Source: Octopus vulgaris
Taxonomy: Eukaryota
Reading direction: 5' to 3'
Assembly (NCBI GenBank): GCA_951406725.2
Contig: OX597816.1
Coordinates: forward strand, 111,042,001-111,106,000
DNA: 64,000 nt
The translations under genes and the position numbers were made by a program. This document shows positions 39,689 to 53,599 of this stretch, piece after piece. How positions within the stretch are numbered: position 1 is the stretch's first letter; every line of letters starts with the position of its first letter. The notes below the pieces were generated by a model. That model ran no database searches. It was not told where the DNA came from and saw only the letters and a program-made list of their open reading frames with translations.

Positions 39689-41565
39689 TGTTTAGAAAAA
39701 GATGTGCAAAATCATCATGAACTTGCTCAGATAGTTTCAGGTGTCTCAGAGTCAAAACCTATACTGTTCAGGTCTGCTATCAAAGCACCGTGAATTTTCG
39801 AGAAGGTACAGCGATAATGTGTTAGTTCTCGCAGCACATACAGATAGTTTAGAGTCTTGGATAATTGACTAAATAAACCACAAGTTGTAGTCCTAACTGT
39901 CAGAAAGTGGTCCGTACTGAAGGCCTTGTTACGGAATGAATATTTCGTTGCTATTTTTCAATCGCTACAATTTATGTATCCTTATTTATATGTTTCATAT
40001 ATATATGGTAACTCTTAACGCGTAGCAACTGAAACATCATTTAGGTGAGATTTTCTGCACCTGAAGGTCTTTGGAAAAATAACTACAGGATTTCTTTTAA
40101 CCCTTCTACCTCTATTAAATTACATTTCCCAGATTATTTGCACATTTTGTAGTGCGTGCATGTACCATCTCCTTACATAATGGTAACATTTTTCATTATT
40201 TAATACTGTCGTAAAACAATGTGTTCGAAAACTAAGAATAATATGACCATAAGCTCGTTTAATCAGAACTTATTTTGGGCTAAATAACAAGAAAAACCAA
40301 CCATTATTATCTTATAAATTATCAGTTGCATTTTAAAACATAAAACTCTATCATTGATGAGCTGGGATATTTATCAAGGCACCATACACTATAATGTGAC
40401 CCTTCTATAGTATTGCAGAGAAACACAAATAACTCCGCTCTCGAGTATTTCAGTAGGCTGAAAAAGACCTTGTTGAGAGATTTCCCAGGGACTAGTAGTT
40501 TGTTCAGGAGAGGGCTATGTGACAGTAGTGTGTAGAACACCGAGTAAACCTGAAATATTTTGCACTTTTGGAAATAACTAACACATAGAATAGGTTTCAG
40601 GAAGTTTTTTTGTGACCAGGTACATCTTCATTTCGTTTTATGTGTGTTCATCGATAATCATAATGTCTTGCAGAGATTCTAAGAGGAACATACTTAATGC
40701 TTTTCTTGAAAGATGTTACTACTAGAAAAGTGATATCTTAATAATTAATTTGATTTGTTGGTGCAGTATAGTTATATTAAGATATATGTAATGAGTAAGA
40801 ATACGTCAGAAAGCGTATAAGATATGCAGACAGATTAGTGTTGAGACCAGTTCAAAGACCTAAAATCCAACATCAAACGAAAGGAGACATAATCCAGGAA
40901 AACAAAAGGTACATGTAACACATGTAGTATTCAAAGCAAGGAAAGCACAATAAAATAAAAAATGGAGATGCAGTTGTAGATGGCATGAAAGCATTTATGC
41001 TTTAGTTGTAGAGAATTTGATATAAAAATAATTAAGTAGTGAAACAGGAAGTACTGGAAAAGGAAAGTCCATTATAGTTCAACATAGACAGGTAGACATT
41101 CAGAAAGCTACTGCTCTAAGTTAGAGTATGAAATCTCCTGAAATCTATTTATATATATAGGATAATTGCTAGGATTATTCTCTTTCATATTCTCACCTGT
41201 GATATTAGAAGATGAATTTTCCGGATGTCTACCTATCTGTGTTGAACTACTATGTGCTTCCGTTTTCCTAATTTTCTCAAGTTTTCTGTTTAATTATATT
41301 TATACGTCATTTTCTATAATTAATTTATAAATGATTTGTACCTATTAATTACTACCTGTCCAACTTTTATTTTATAAAAGACATTTCAAGAATTATATTA
41401 ACTGAACATTTTTCATTTTCAATTTATATCTAGTTGTACGCTCTAAACACAATGTGAAATTTATGAAAATTTATAAGCTGAAAATGCAATGTTATCAGTT
41501 TAATATTTGGTTTTCTGACAAATATAAGCTCCCCAAGAAATATTTTGTGAATTCGAGAATTGTAT

Positions 41566-42210
41566 ATTGCCAGATGTACCCGGCGTTGCTCGGGATTAAA
41601 CAGTTTTCAGACTCTCGCCTTCAGTGTTCTAGTCTTCCTTGGTTTATACTTGTTTATGGAGAGATTACGTCTTTTCTGTGTTTTGTCCGCTCATTCCGTA
41701 AAAAATTATTTGAAGAGAGCAGAAATTTAAAGAAGAGAAAGCGAAAAGGACAGAGAAAGAAAGTGAAAGATGTATGTACGTCTATATGAAATGCACGCGC
41801 GTGTTTGTGTGTGTGAGAGAGAGAGAGAGAAAGAGAGAAAGAGAGTGAAAAAGAGAGATAGACTGAGTGAAGATGTATGTCGTGCTGATTGATGTCTTTT
41901 ATGGTACACACACATATAGAAAATGTGACTTCATCGCGTAAAATTTTTACGATAGTTGATTTATGTAAAAGATTATAAGGTTAAAAATATATGAATGGAA
42001 ATTAAGTTGAATTTGTAGCCGAAATAGTACTGAAACTTTTGATACCCCATACGTCAAAATCTGTAAATCGGTTTTGGAATGCATAAGGAACACACACACA
42101 CACACATACACACACAGAGACACACACACACACACACACATGTATATATATATATATGTAGGACATACTTCTTTCAAGTTGAATGCATTATCTCACTTTA
42201 CTATAGAGAT
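41566..42210 (-). mobile_element. Non-autonomous Helitron-like element with internal microsatellites
   Basis: cccggcgttgctcggg (41579-41594) is the reverse complement of the Helitron subterminal hairpin seen at 7206-7234. The terminal CTAG is degraded. Confidence 0.55.
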
Positions 42211-42899
42211 GTAATACTGAAATAGTGTAAGAGATAAGAGATTGCTCTGGGCTCGCATTGAGCAAGAAGTTGGAAATTTATTTGGCCCATGACACTGCAT
42301 GTACCTTGGCTTTTGTATTTGACAACTGTCACAGCAAACACGTTGCTTTTAATGGCGGAACAAACAGGACAAAAAGATTACAAAAATAGTGATTCTCACT
42401 TTGAAACTAAAAATTTTGAAAATCGTTTTAGATTACAGAACGCTTCGCTCTCTCAAGTACCCATGTTTAAAACTTCAGCGCGATGGGATGAATAACACTC
42501 GAGTTATATACGCACAAAAAGACACAACAGAGAGAACGAATTATATATATATATGAGCACGCTTGTGTGTGCATGTACATACGCAAGTATGTATGTATCT
42601 ATCTGTGTATTTACGTGAGTTAAGACATTTGCTTTTGTTCAGAAAATGTACCATATCACATCACTTTCGAAATATATTTGGTTCCTAAAAAATGAGAGTG
42701 TCAACTATTTCATGCTATTATAGATTATTGTTGATAAACCAAACGCGTACAACGAACATCACAGACGCTGTCAACTATGTGATATTGAAAATCGCAAAAA
42801 CAAAATTATTCTATTTGGCTACATTTTGAGCAGGAAAGAAAGAAACGCTTCTGGTATGCTTCACTTATACAAAATATTGATTGGAGGCATCAGATTTGT

Positions 42900-44330
42900 T
42901 CATTAATCCCCTATTCATGTGGTTGTAAATGAATAATAGATGCAAGTAATTTAACACAACATGTAGATGAAAAATAAGTAGATTCGCTGACTGCTGGTAA
43001 CAAGATAAATACAAGTGCACTCTAAACCTAAAATATCATTTTCGAGCTAACTGCAGTTCCCTTTGCACGAAACTTTTCTCAGTTAGGAATTTCATCCCAT
43101 AATGTTTGCCACATGTAGAGTTTACTAATAAATCAGTTGCAGAATAGTGGCTTATAGAGTAGCTACTTGTATCGAGACTTGTTGATTGAAAGATTTATAA
43201 AATCGAATAATTTTTCTTGTTCTCCTTCTAATTTTGCTTTCATATGCTGGTGTGATATTATTTGTGCATTGAACTTTGTAGTCACTAATGGGAAATGTTT
43301 CAGCGTATGACGTTGGAATTTCGTTGTATAATGATTTGTTGGGCAATGGTTCGGTGAGACTTAATGAAATATTACTAACGAGATTGTTTACTTTTACACT
43401 TTGTATTTCATTAGAGAAATTTTGTTTATACTCTTTGTCTCTTATTTCCATTTTATAAATTTTGTTGAAGGCTGTTTCTAAATTTAGGTTTATATTTTAA
43501 AAAGAGATAAGCTGTGTTAAAACTATGATGTGGAGTCCTTATTTGTTAAAAAATTGTTTTTTTCTAAGTTTATCAGTTGAGAGATGAACATTTTGCGATG
43601 AATAATCCACTCCCTCTATATAATCCGTCTGAAAAAGAAAGAAATCTAGAACGAAGTGTTGGTTATATGTAGAGGCTAATCATATCTTTAAAGTCTTGGG
43701 ATTGTCTTGACTTTATGCTAATATCAAAATATTCTTTACGGATTATTTTCCTCAAGTATCCATCATTATGGAATAGAAGTTTTTTTGGTCGTAATATTAT
43801 TTTCACTATGAAATATTTAATAGGTTTGACACCATTCAGAACTGCTATTATATATGATTCACCTATTTCTGCCCATGAGTCTTTAATCTCAACCTGTTGG
43901 AAATGTCAACTACATTTATTCGGGATGTTTAACAACTTTCCTCACCTTTTCTCTGGAGAGTTCATCGTTGCTCTAGAGAAGAGGCGAAAATATCGCAATA
44001 TTGCGTATAAATATTTCAGTAGTTACTTACTAATGATGTTAAAATTAGTTTGTTGGACAGAGGCAATATTCGGAAAAGACGTTTTGTGGTCTTTAATTGT
44101 GATGTATGAATATCTGTGTGTTGAAATATCTTCCCTGTTGTTTGTATTTTTATAGTTTAATATTGTATTTTGTGTTGTTTTTTCTTTTATACATTTAACA
44201 TAGATTTACAAAGGATACAATGCCAAGAAACGTTATTTCACTGTTAAAATTATTTGTTTTATCTGACTTTGCAAATAAGTTTCCACTGGACTTGATATAG
44301 GTAATTTTCAGCTTCAGCACATTTTGCTGA
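42900..44330 (-). mobile_element. Decayed Penelope-like element
   Basis: RRRTRKIIRFYKSFNQQVSIQVA resembles RKRNIIWFNPPYSKNVSTNIG. DSWAEIGE resembles the GAEVCE RT motif. Many stops. Confidence 0.5.
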
Positions 44331-45067
44331 GAATTCAAATGTGCTTGTTAAATCTGAGGCTTTTGATCATTGCCAATACTCCTATACTGAAAGAGTTGTA
44401 TTAGGATATTGGATACTGGACAGATATGAGTGTGTGTATGTATGTGTATGTTTGTGTGTGTGTGCGTTTGTGCGTGTTTGTCTACATGTTTGTTTCGCCT
44501 GTTTGTGTGCCGTGTGTGTGCAGTGTGTGTACCGTATGTGTGCCGTGTGTGTGCTGTGTGTATATGTCGTGTGCATGTATATTCCGTGTTTGTGTACGCA
44601 TGTCAGTGCATATGCGTGTGTGACATTATTTCTTTCATTTACGTCAGTATTTTTTTAGTCGTATACTTAAAATTGTTCTGCAGGTTCAGTAATTAACTAT
44701 TTCAGCTGACATTTTTCCCTTCAACTAGTTATTTATTTTACACGTAGTCAGTATATTCGTTTATGGTTTTCGGTTTGAAAATTAAAGCTGTTTTTCATAT
44801 GATGGGAAACTAAAACTAGAAGCATTGTATCTAATACGAAATGAGAATCATGCTCTTTATACATTCTGCTTGCACACGGTAGTCCAAAAGCATAGATAAA
44901 CGCTAAACGCATAGAATCATAATCAAAGTCATATACACAAACCTTCACGGACACACGGACACATACACATACTTGAACATACACATACATGAACATACAC
45001 GACCATAGACAGACACACATACATGCAGACACACATATACACATACATACATACATAAATACATACA

Positions 45068-45101
<34 letters not shown>

Positions 45102-46066
45102 CATACATGCATGCATACATAACCTGTTGAATTTGTTGAAATGACGGAGCCTTATATCTAGGTTAGAAACCGGCTCTTTATCTATTGGCAAGAAATCTTG
45201 AAATAAAACTGAATAATGACATACATACATACAAATGATCAGGATAACTGGGACTGTAAATACGTATAAAAATCTGAAACACCTTGAGATTTGAAGGATG
45301 ACGGTCAAATCATGATACTTCATAACCTTGCTACCAAATCAGCGGCCAGTCAAAATATACTCTAAATTTAAAAGATAATCAGAAAGCATACGTGTATACA
45401 TACATGCATACTAACATACATCCATACATACATACATACAAACAAACATATATACATACAAACATATATACATATAAACATACATACATTTATACGCACG
45501 CATACACACACTCGTATAAAAGTATAGACGGTAATACATGCATAACTTCGAGCTTACAGGTACCTTGGACAAGGTAGTGAGTAGCCTCTCCTGGGTTGTT
45601 CAATTCTGATTGATGAGTAACAACGTGCTTCTAAGTAAGGTACTTTATTTTCTTTGCTCCATTTCACTCAAATATTTGATGCAGGAAGCAGAATTTCTCA
45701 GAAGCGTATATGTGATACTACCTTCTCCATGGAGAGATTTATTGTTCATCCAGTTGACTCAATAAACTGGTGAAGTTATTACAAACACTACTTTTATTAC
45801 TTAAATATACATATACACAAACATGCAGACATCTATCCACATACAGATATAAGTAAATATATGTATAAATATATATATGTATATATATATATGAGCATAT
45901 GTGTGTTTGTTTTCGTGCGCATGTGTACCTTTTATATCAAACTGGAAAGAGTAGTTGTGAAAATTTTGACATCAGGAAAATGTTATGGAAAGTAAAGTGT
46001 TGTCAGCCATAAGCACTGAACATATTAACTTTGACATTATCAAGAAGCAGGAGTGTTTTACACACA

Positions 46067-46117
<51 letters not shown>

Positions 46118-48398
46118 TCACACTCACACACACACACGCACGCATACACACGCATATGGCAAGTGTAAGAAAAAGTCTTTAGCCAATCTATATTATATGA
46201 AACTATCAAGCTGGAAAGCTTTTACTTCCCTGACATTAATCAGATAGAGTTGATTTTATAACATTATGTTCGTCAAACAACTTTAAACCAAGTCATAAGT
46301 TAGTGTAATGTGTTATTGTTGTTCTTTTTCCATCAATCAATGTGCTCCCTTTTTCCAAACATACTCTGTAGTATACGATCATAGCAATGAAAGGCAGTCA
46401 AATGCCATATCATCTCATATCTCATAGTATTCGTTATATATATTTTTTTACCTTTATCATTGGCGTTGATAAAAAGAATAATTATTTGTTGTACTAAATC
46501 ACAGAATATGCTGCACAGCCGATATCAACCAACGTTCATTTAGAAATCCATCTCTTAGAATGGCCAAGTTGGGCCGAGAAAATTTAAGAGAAATCATAAG
46601 TCCTAGGTTCAATCTCCTGGTGAGTATATCATTAAACGCGAAGAGTGTATATATCAGAGGAGAGAGAGAGAGGTAAATGAAGGGATAAGCTAATTATACA
46701 GATCAATATATAAAGTCTATTAAATACATGAAATACAAAAAATGTGTCTATATATATGTATATATATAATAACAAAATAATAAATAAAACATGCGTATAT
46801 ATACATACATATATGTACGTACCTACATCTATATGTACATATGCATGCATACATGGATACAGGACACCAAAAAAACGTTGAACACAATGAAAAACGAAAA
46901 CATAAAAACAAAACCAAGGAAATTGACATTTTTCCTAATCAACGAAAAAATCGAGTACAAGACATACAACACAAGGAACATTCCCCTTCTTCAGCCGCCT
47001 CTGTTTTATCTACTCCGCGTTTCGAACTCTACAGGGTTCTGTGTGTGTCTGCGTGTGTGTGTGTTTTGTGTGTGTTTTATAAATCTCTCAAAATTATCTT
47101 TACATTTCAGCTATTAAAACCCATTAATATAGTACTCGATAATTAACATAACTATATTGCTTCCTCTCAAACATCGACTTTTCTACTTCATTATAACATC
47201 GTAAAAAAACAACGGTTTAAATGCTTTTGCATATTTTGTCACAGTCCTTTTTAGATGGAGGTGCATTCCGGAGCTAACGAAGAATGATTCTGCTTCTTTG
47301 TTCTCTTTGCTAATAAAATCTGCCAAACATTTTCTCACAGTATTCTATAATTTTAAAATATAGTAAGAGGCGAGTATATTAGATAATGTATTAGTGAGGT
47401 TTTCTGTCAGATAAAAGAATGTGCTTGCAACGTCTTTGATCATATATCTTCTTAGTCGTGTCTGACATGAATACAAACAACAACTAGTTTCCGAAGTTGA
47501 AGTAATACACAACAATCAAACATTGTAATCCACAGAAAAGGAAATACCACCCACCATAAGCTGATACTTTGTCCTTCCGTTAGAAATAATTAATAGATAA
47601 TTAATCTGAGGGGTATGTTATCTTTTAGAAATTCCAGTAAGCTGCTGTTTACTCATTATTGCTTAAATAATTGTGCAACTTATTCATTACGGATGTGTTA
47701 TTTCTTCCTCTTGCAAATAGCATTGGATTTACTTTCTGTCTATATAATGATACGCCCATGATTAGATAAAAACGGTAAAAAAAATTAGATACATTAAACA
47801 GCTGAGTTAACATTTAGCGTTCTAAGAATTCTAGAACATCATAGATGTTGAAACCGGTTGAAATGTCCAAATAGGCATTTAAGCTTAAATATCATAAGGG
47901 TCACAAAATAAAAACGTATATTTTAGAAATATGCAGCATCTTATTGCGCATGCATATTCACGCATATTCTCACTGCTTAGTATATTCTTTTATTCTTTTA
48001 CAAGTTTAAAGCATTGGGTCGAGGCTATGTTGAGGCAATGCCTTCCCAGTCTCAGTCGATTCAAACCAAGTCCTTATTTTTTAAGTGCATGAGTATACTG
48101 TTTCCTATTTCCTTAATGCATCTGCACACATGCAAACACATGTACAACAGGTATATGCATACATAGGCACTCACGCCCCTCCATACATATACATACTCAC
48201 GCGCACAGTATCCTCACATTCACGCATAAGTTTGTGCACACACTTAAGCCAGATTACTGCTGTCTCCCTTGCCACCCTTATCTTCAACCACTTCCTTCCT
48301 TTCGGTCAATTCAACATGTGCAACCATTAATATAGACACCTCTTTTGTCTTTGTCCCATTTTCCTCTCGCTCCATCTGTTTTATCTCCTCGTTACCTA

Positions 48399-48430
48399 CT
48401 GTAGAGGAGCTAGGGCTCGAAACGTTAAAT
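48399..48430 (+). ncRNA. Second copy of the variant-core hammerhead-like motif
   Basis: CTGTAGAG-gagc tagg gctc-GAAAC-GTT. Downstream flank resembles that of 24625-24720. Confidence 0.45.
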
Positions 48431-48603
48431 ACTCTTCCATTTTTCTAAACGCCGAACTTGTACACCTTCACTGTAGTTCCTTCACCTGTCTCAATCGTTT
48501 CTTTTTATCTATTTTAGCTTTTGTGCAATTATGGACAATATATGCATATGTGTCTGTCTGTCTGTCTGTCTGTTTGTGTCTATAAAATATACATGCGCAT
48601 ATA

Positions 48604-49877
48604 CAGGGTAGGGAAGCAACATTTACAATATTTTGAAGCAGGGATTGAAAGACAGTGTATGACCAATTAGTTTATTGAAAATCATGAGAATGTATTTGCC
48701 ATAAGAAAATTTACATAATAGAAAATGTTTTTATTCTATGTGTCCTCCTTCTTTCTCAATAACTGTCTTCACACGCTTCCTGAAACTTGCACAAGTTTTC
48801 CTCAAATATTCGGGAGACAATAGTATCTTTAAGAGAGTCGACGTTGCTGTGTGATGTTCTATTGGTAGCATGTCCTAAAACGCCCCAAATAGTATAATCC
48901 AGAGTGTTTAGATCTGGGCTAGAAGGTGGCCATAAACATGAACCCCAAAAATTGCTAAAGTTGGATTTGCAGAAATCTTGTATTTTTCTAACTGTGTGGG
49001 CTGGAGCACGATCCTGTGTCCATACTTAATTACCATCTGGGTAGTTTGCTTTAAGCCATGGCAATACCTGGTATCTCAGAGTCTTGTAGTAAGTATTAAC
49101 ATTGATCATTTCATCAGCTTTGTAGAATATTATAGGCATTTTCTTTCCATCGGAAGCCACAACACCAAAAGCCATAAGTTGAGCAGGATGTTTTGTTTTG
49201 GATGTTCCCTTAACCTCAACTGTTTATTTTTGATATATCTGTCATTTCTGCGGTTCAGAACAGCATCGATAGTGAAGAGCTTTTCCTCTGAAAAGATCGT
49301 TACAATGGAGGACTTCTTCTTGAACCATGTAATAATTTTCTTGCACCTTTCCAATCTCTTTTCCTTCATAGCTGTTGTCAAAAAATGTTTTCATGTTCTT
49401 GTGTGAGATTTTAACCTCAAATCGTATTTTACTGCTTTTCTAATGGTCTTGTTGTCTACCTCAAGTCCATTTGCCATTTTTCTCATGCATTTGGTTGGTT
49501 CCTTTAAAATTTTGGATTTGAGAGCTTTAATAAAAGATTTGATACGTTTGTTTTTTTTTTGTTGATTCCTCCACTTCCAGACTTCCTCGTAATAGTTTTG
49601 CTTATAGTCATTCTATTCTTACATTATAAACAGTGTTTATGGACATTCCAACTATTCTCGAAATCTCCCTTGGTGTGACGAGTGCATTCAGCAAATCACA
49701 CATTCTTTGACTTTTGCTTTCCTGATTACACATATGGGCAACATTTTCTGAAAGGGTAAGGATAATAGTGTTAAGTATGATTATTACTTCAATATATACT
49801 AGGTTTCAAAACAACTGACTTAGTGTCTGCTGAGAAAAACCAACTTAACTTTCATTGTAAATTTTGCTTCCCTACCC

Positions 49878-49879
<2 letters not shown>
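48604..49879 (-). mobile_element. Full-length defective Tc1/mariner element, DD37D (maT) family
   Basis: 26-bp TIRs cagggtagggaagcaa(c/a)atttacaat, TA on the left flank. Motifs IFSEEKLF and TQD..37 aa..WPPSSPDLNTLDYTIW. Frameshifted. Confidence 0.92.
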
Positions 49880-49942
<63 letters not shown>

Positions 49943-50019
49943 TTATATATATATTTAAATATGTGTATGTATATAATGTATAGATATATATATATATACG
50001 CTTTAGAATAAGGTACTTG

Positions 50020-50990
50020 TCAAATAGAATGACAAGGGAACAGGGATTCCGTAATCAACTTCAATATTTTACAGCTTTTTCTGCTATACGCTGCAACACT
50101 CCCAGAGCTGAGTATTGTGCATCAAGTTATAGTTTCGCGGGAACTTCTAAAATCAAGTGGAAGTCTATTTGGAAAGCATTTACCTACATACAAAAATCAC
50201 AGTTGAAAATTCTTTTCCATATCTTTGCAAAGCTGCATCATAGTTTTCATGATAATTATTTTCAGATTTCTTTCCTCTTAACACCCACTATCACTGCATG
50301 ATTTTGCAAACGGTTGCACTTGGTGATAGAAAGATATTGAGATAGAAATAGTTGTCTCTAGAGGCAAGAGAACGAATCAGAAATTTTCTTTCCAGCTTCA
50401 TATACTCTTGTTTGACCAGCAATGAAATAATCGACAGTGGCATAAAAAAAAACAGCTGTCTGAAATTCTGATTCTGTAAACATTTCAGCATTTTTCGTTT
50501 GGCTTTCATGACTTGACTGGTTCTCATAAAAAAGAAATATTTTGCTTTTCCCCACTTGTTTATAGTTTAATTTCAAATTGCAGACTATTAGCGATGTTTC
50601 CATTCACCCAGCAGAGTGTCAAATTGATTTCGCAGTGTCTGCATATTTTCTAATGTTCTCTATTAATAATAATGCACACTTTTGCTTCTAAGGCCATGTC
50701 GTACGATTTTAATGGAGCAAGAATTTTAAAACAGATGAATTAAATGAGTATGCATCTAGATGAGTACGTGCAGATGTTTCAGTTTCTACAAATAGATGTT
50801 CATCACTTAGTTTCTGAGAGCAATACAATATCTTGAAATGATCTCTTTCTTTTGAATTCACATTTAGCTGTCACCTTCGCTTCTCTAATGAGATATATCT
50901 GGTTACGCGTTTCACTGATAAGATTGAGAAATCTGAGATACTGGAAAGTATTTCAGAAAGTAAATACTGGAAAATGTTGGATATATTTTT
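50020..50990 (-). mobile_element. hAT (ZMYM1-like) transposase remnant
   Basis: LNLISETR..LRNQFDTLLGE..FYENQ..SEFQTAVFFYATVDYFIAG..KKISDSFSCL. Confidence 0.55.
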
Positions 50991-51999
50991 TAGACCAGCA
51001 TTAAACACTGGATCGACTTGTGGATATCACATAATATATAAACGTTTCTTCTCGTGTGTACCTCCAGACATCCTACAGCGCAGCGCTTAGAACTTATGTA
51101 TATGACAACTGATTGATTTATTGATGAATGGAAAATGAGAACACAGAGAAAGAGAGAAAAGTTGTATGTGTGTGTGTTTGTTGAGTGTTTGTATGTGTGT
51201 GCGTGTGTTTGTGTCTGTGTGTATGTGTGTGCGCGAGCGTGTGTGAGTGTGCATGCACTCAATAATGAAAGAATGATAGGAAAATGTTGAAATGGAAAAG
51301 AAGTTGATGGAGAGTAAAGGAGTTTGGTGAAAGCAAAAATGTGAGCGAAGTGGTAGAGCAGTATATTATTGTTGGTAGAGGTACTAAAATAACACCTCCA
51401 CTTGTAAAGCCGTGTATATGTTTCGGGCTATATTACATTCATCTATAGATATATATTTATGCATACGTTGGGTTCATGTAGGTGTATGTCTGTGTGTGTG
51501 TGTTTGTGCGTGTGTGTGTGACAGAGAGAGAGAGTGTGTGTGAAGCGTCTCCAGCGGATGGGAATATGGTAGAAATGAAAAATAAGAAACCTAGCAGTCC
51601 ATCCGTTACTGCGATGAATGTTCCAGTTAATCTGATCAACAGATCAGCTTGCTCGTGAAATTAACGTGCAATGACTATGCCCTTACCAGAAACGTATACC
51701 CTTAAGGTAGTTCTCAGGGATATTCAACGTGACGCAGAATGTGAATGGGGCAGGACGCAGTGCTGGGACGTACGACATTACAATTTTGAGCCTAACCAAT
51801 AAGCTACGCGTCTTCGCAAAGCCACGGGCCTTTGCAAGTAAGAAATGAGACATAGAATAGGAGGAAACGAATACCGTGTTAGCTAGTTAAAGAGAGGGGC
51901 AAAAGGAAAGAGAGAAGGGAACATGAACTTGGTAGTGCTGGGAGATACAGATAACTCTACGTATTCACATATATTACATATCTAGAACTGTAGGGTTAA

Positions 52000-52470
52000 T
52001 GATGTCACTAGAGTATTGGTTAACGTAGATGGCAATAGTGGTTGTAATATTGTGAGAGCAAGGAAGTGACGAGAGTAGTTTTCTTGTTTTTTATTTTGGA
52101 ACACTTATTCGTAAAGTCGAAATTCTTTTCACATGAGATTCGTACATTAAGAGGTTCAATTATCTAAAAAGCTGTTCAATTATCTAAGAGCTGTATTTAA
52201 GTGGTGAAAATATAACTCCTCCGGAAAGTAGGCATATTGAAATTATTCTAGAAATGTTACTCCCCACAAAGTTTCTTTCTTGTCATGCCATACTGAGCCA
52301 ATATGTTTTCCATTTCCATTTCATCGCGGACAATTCCAATAGCACAACGAAATCCAGCACCATAAAGCATCTCAAATGACTCGAGTTCATACCCTGTTAA
52401 AACTTTGATAATTTTCGACCGACATTTTTGTAGGAATTCGGTATCATCCTTTAAACAGAGCAACATTTTC
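52000..52470 (-). mobile_element. Possible PLE N-terminal remnant
   Basis: EFLQKCRSKII..GYEL resembles the FLxKC..IIPKGFxL motif of PLE N-termini. Flanked by stops. Confidence 0.3.
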
Positions 52471-52589
52471 AGCAGTATTTACTTGACATCTACGTAAAGA
52501 CTGAACTATCTTTTTACAGTGGAAATCGTCAAGATTTAAAATACATGTGCTCATAATGCTCACTTAATTAACTTTTGAAGCATATCAAC

Positions 52590-52960
52590 GATATGCTCGT
52601 ACTCAATATGCTCATATTTTCTTTTTTCATCGAATTTAATGAAATAATCCCTCTGCAATATATTTATTTTTTTCTTTAGGAAGACAAAATTAAATATGCA
52701 GATGACATCAAGCAATTAGCATCTGCAGAAGTTCTAAATGAAGGCATTCTATTGAAGAATCTTGCAAGAAAAATTCCTGACACAAAGGTTATGTGCTATT
52801 AATCATCCCGTTTCTTTTTGCATGGAAAATTACACACGAAGTAAACTTTCCAAACACTGTCTAAGTAGAGATATTTCATAATATGGCAGGTGTAATAATG
52901 GTGCTCTTGTGTAAGTTCGACGATATTCTGTAGGTATCGCAACGTCGTGTCGTACAATAC
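52590..52960 (+). mobile_element. RTE-type reverse transcriptase remnant
   Basis: IKYADDIKQLASAEVLNEGILLKNLARKIPDTKVM resembles YADDIALLASSAEELQ..AKKIGL.IN.KKTKVM. Confidence 0.5.
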
Positions 52961-53384
52961 TTTTGTTTCTAATGAAAAATTCCATATCTATATAAATTTG
53001 GAACTTTATTCATCTGTCAAGATATCAAATATGTTTTTAAATATATGTAAAAAGATCATCACTTCACCTCCACTGAAATTACAATATCGCTACTAACAAA
53101 CAGCAGTTTCTTTTCTGAATCCATGTAATAAGTATCTCAAAATAAGATATATAAAAGCATTTTACAGTTTATAGATCTGCCTTTCACCTCCCAGACTTTC
53201 AAAGTTTACTTCCTAAAAGTAACGGCCCTTCAAGTTGCAAAATCGCACGAAAAATTATTCACAACAATATTTACAAATTCAAATTCTTTTTCAATGAAGG
53301 TGGAAAGTTTTTCAATGAAGGTGAAAACATGGATAATTAGACAGGAGTCTGGACAATTTTGAAATATTTTATTTGTGCAATGCG

Positions 53385-53575
53385 ACAAGCTGGCAGAATC
53401 ATTACTGCGCTGGAAAAATGCAGAGCCTTTCTTCCGACTTTACCTTCTGAAATAAAATGCCACGGGGGTCAACTTTCGCTTCTCACTCATTCGGGATAGA
53501 TAAAATAAGTACCAGTTTAACACTGGAGTCGATGTAATTAAATTACCCCGTACCCAAAATTTGAAACGAATATTT
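53385..53575 (+). mobile_element. SINE family B copy
   Basis: gcgacaagctggcagaatc..gataaaataagtaccagtt..caaaatttgaaac. Confidence 0.6.
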
Positions 53576-53599
53576 TGTGTGTCTGTTGCTCTTTTACTT

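Noticed and set aside
46960-47030. Permuted hammerhead on the minus strand (GAAAC before CTGAAGA)
   Set aside because: Stems I and III do not pair.
52680-52787. Myosin-like host exon
   Set aside because: YADD plus downstream TKVM fit an RTE reverse transcriptase better; kept only as an exonisation candidate.
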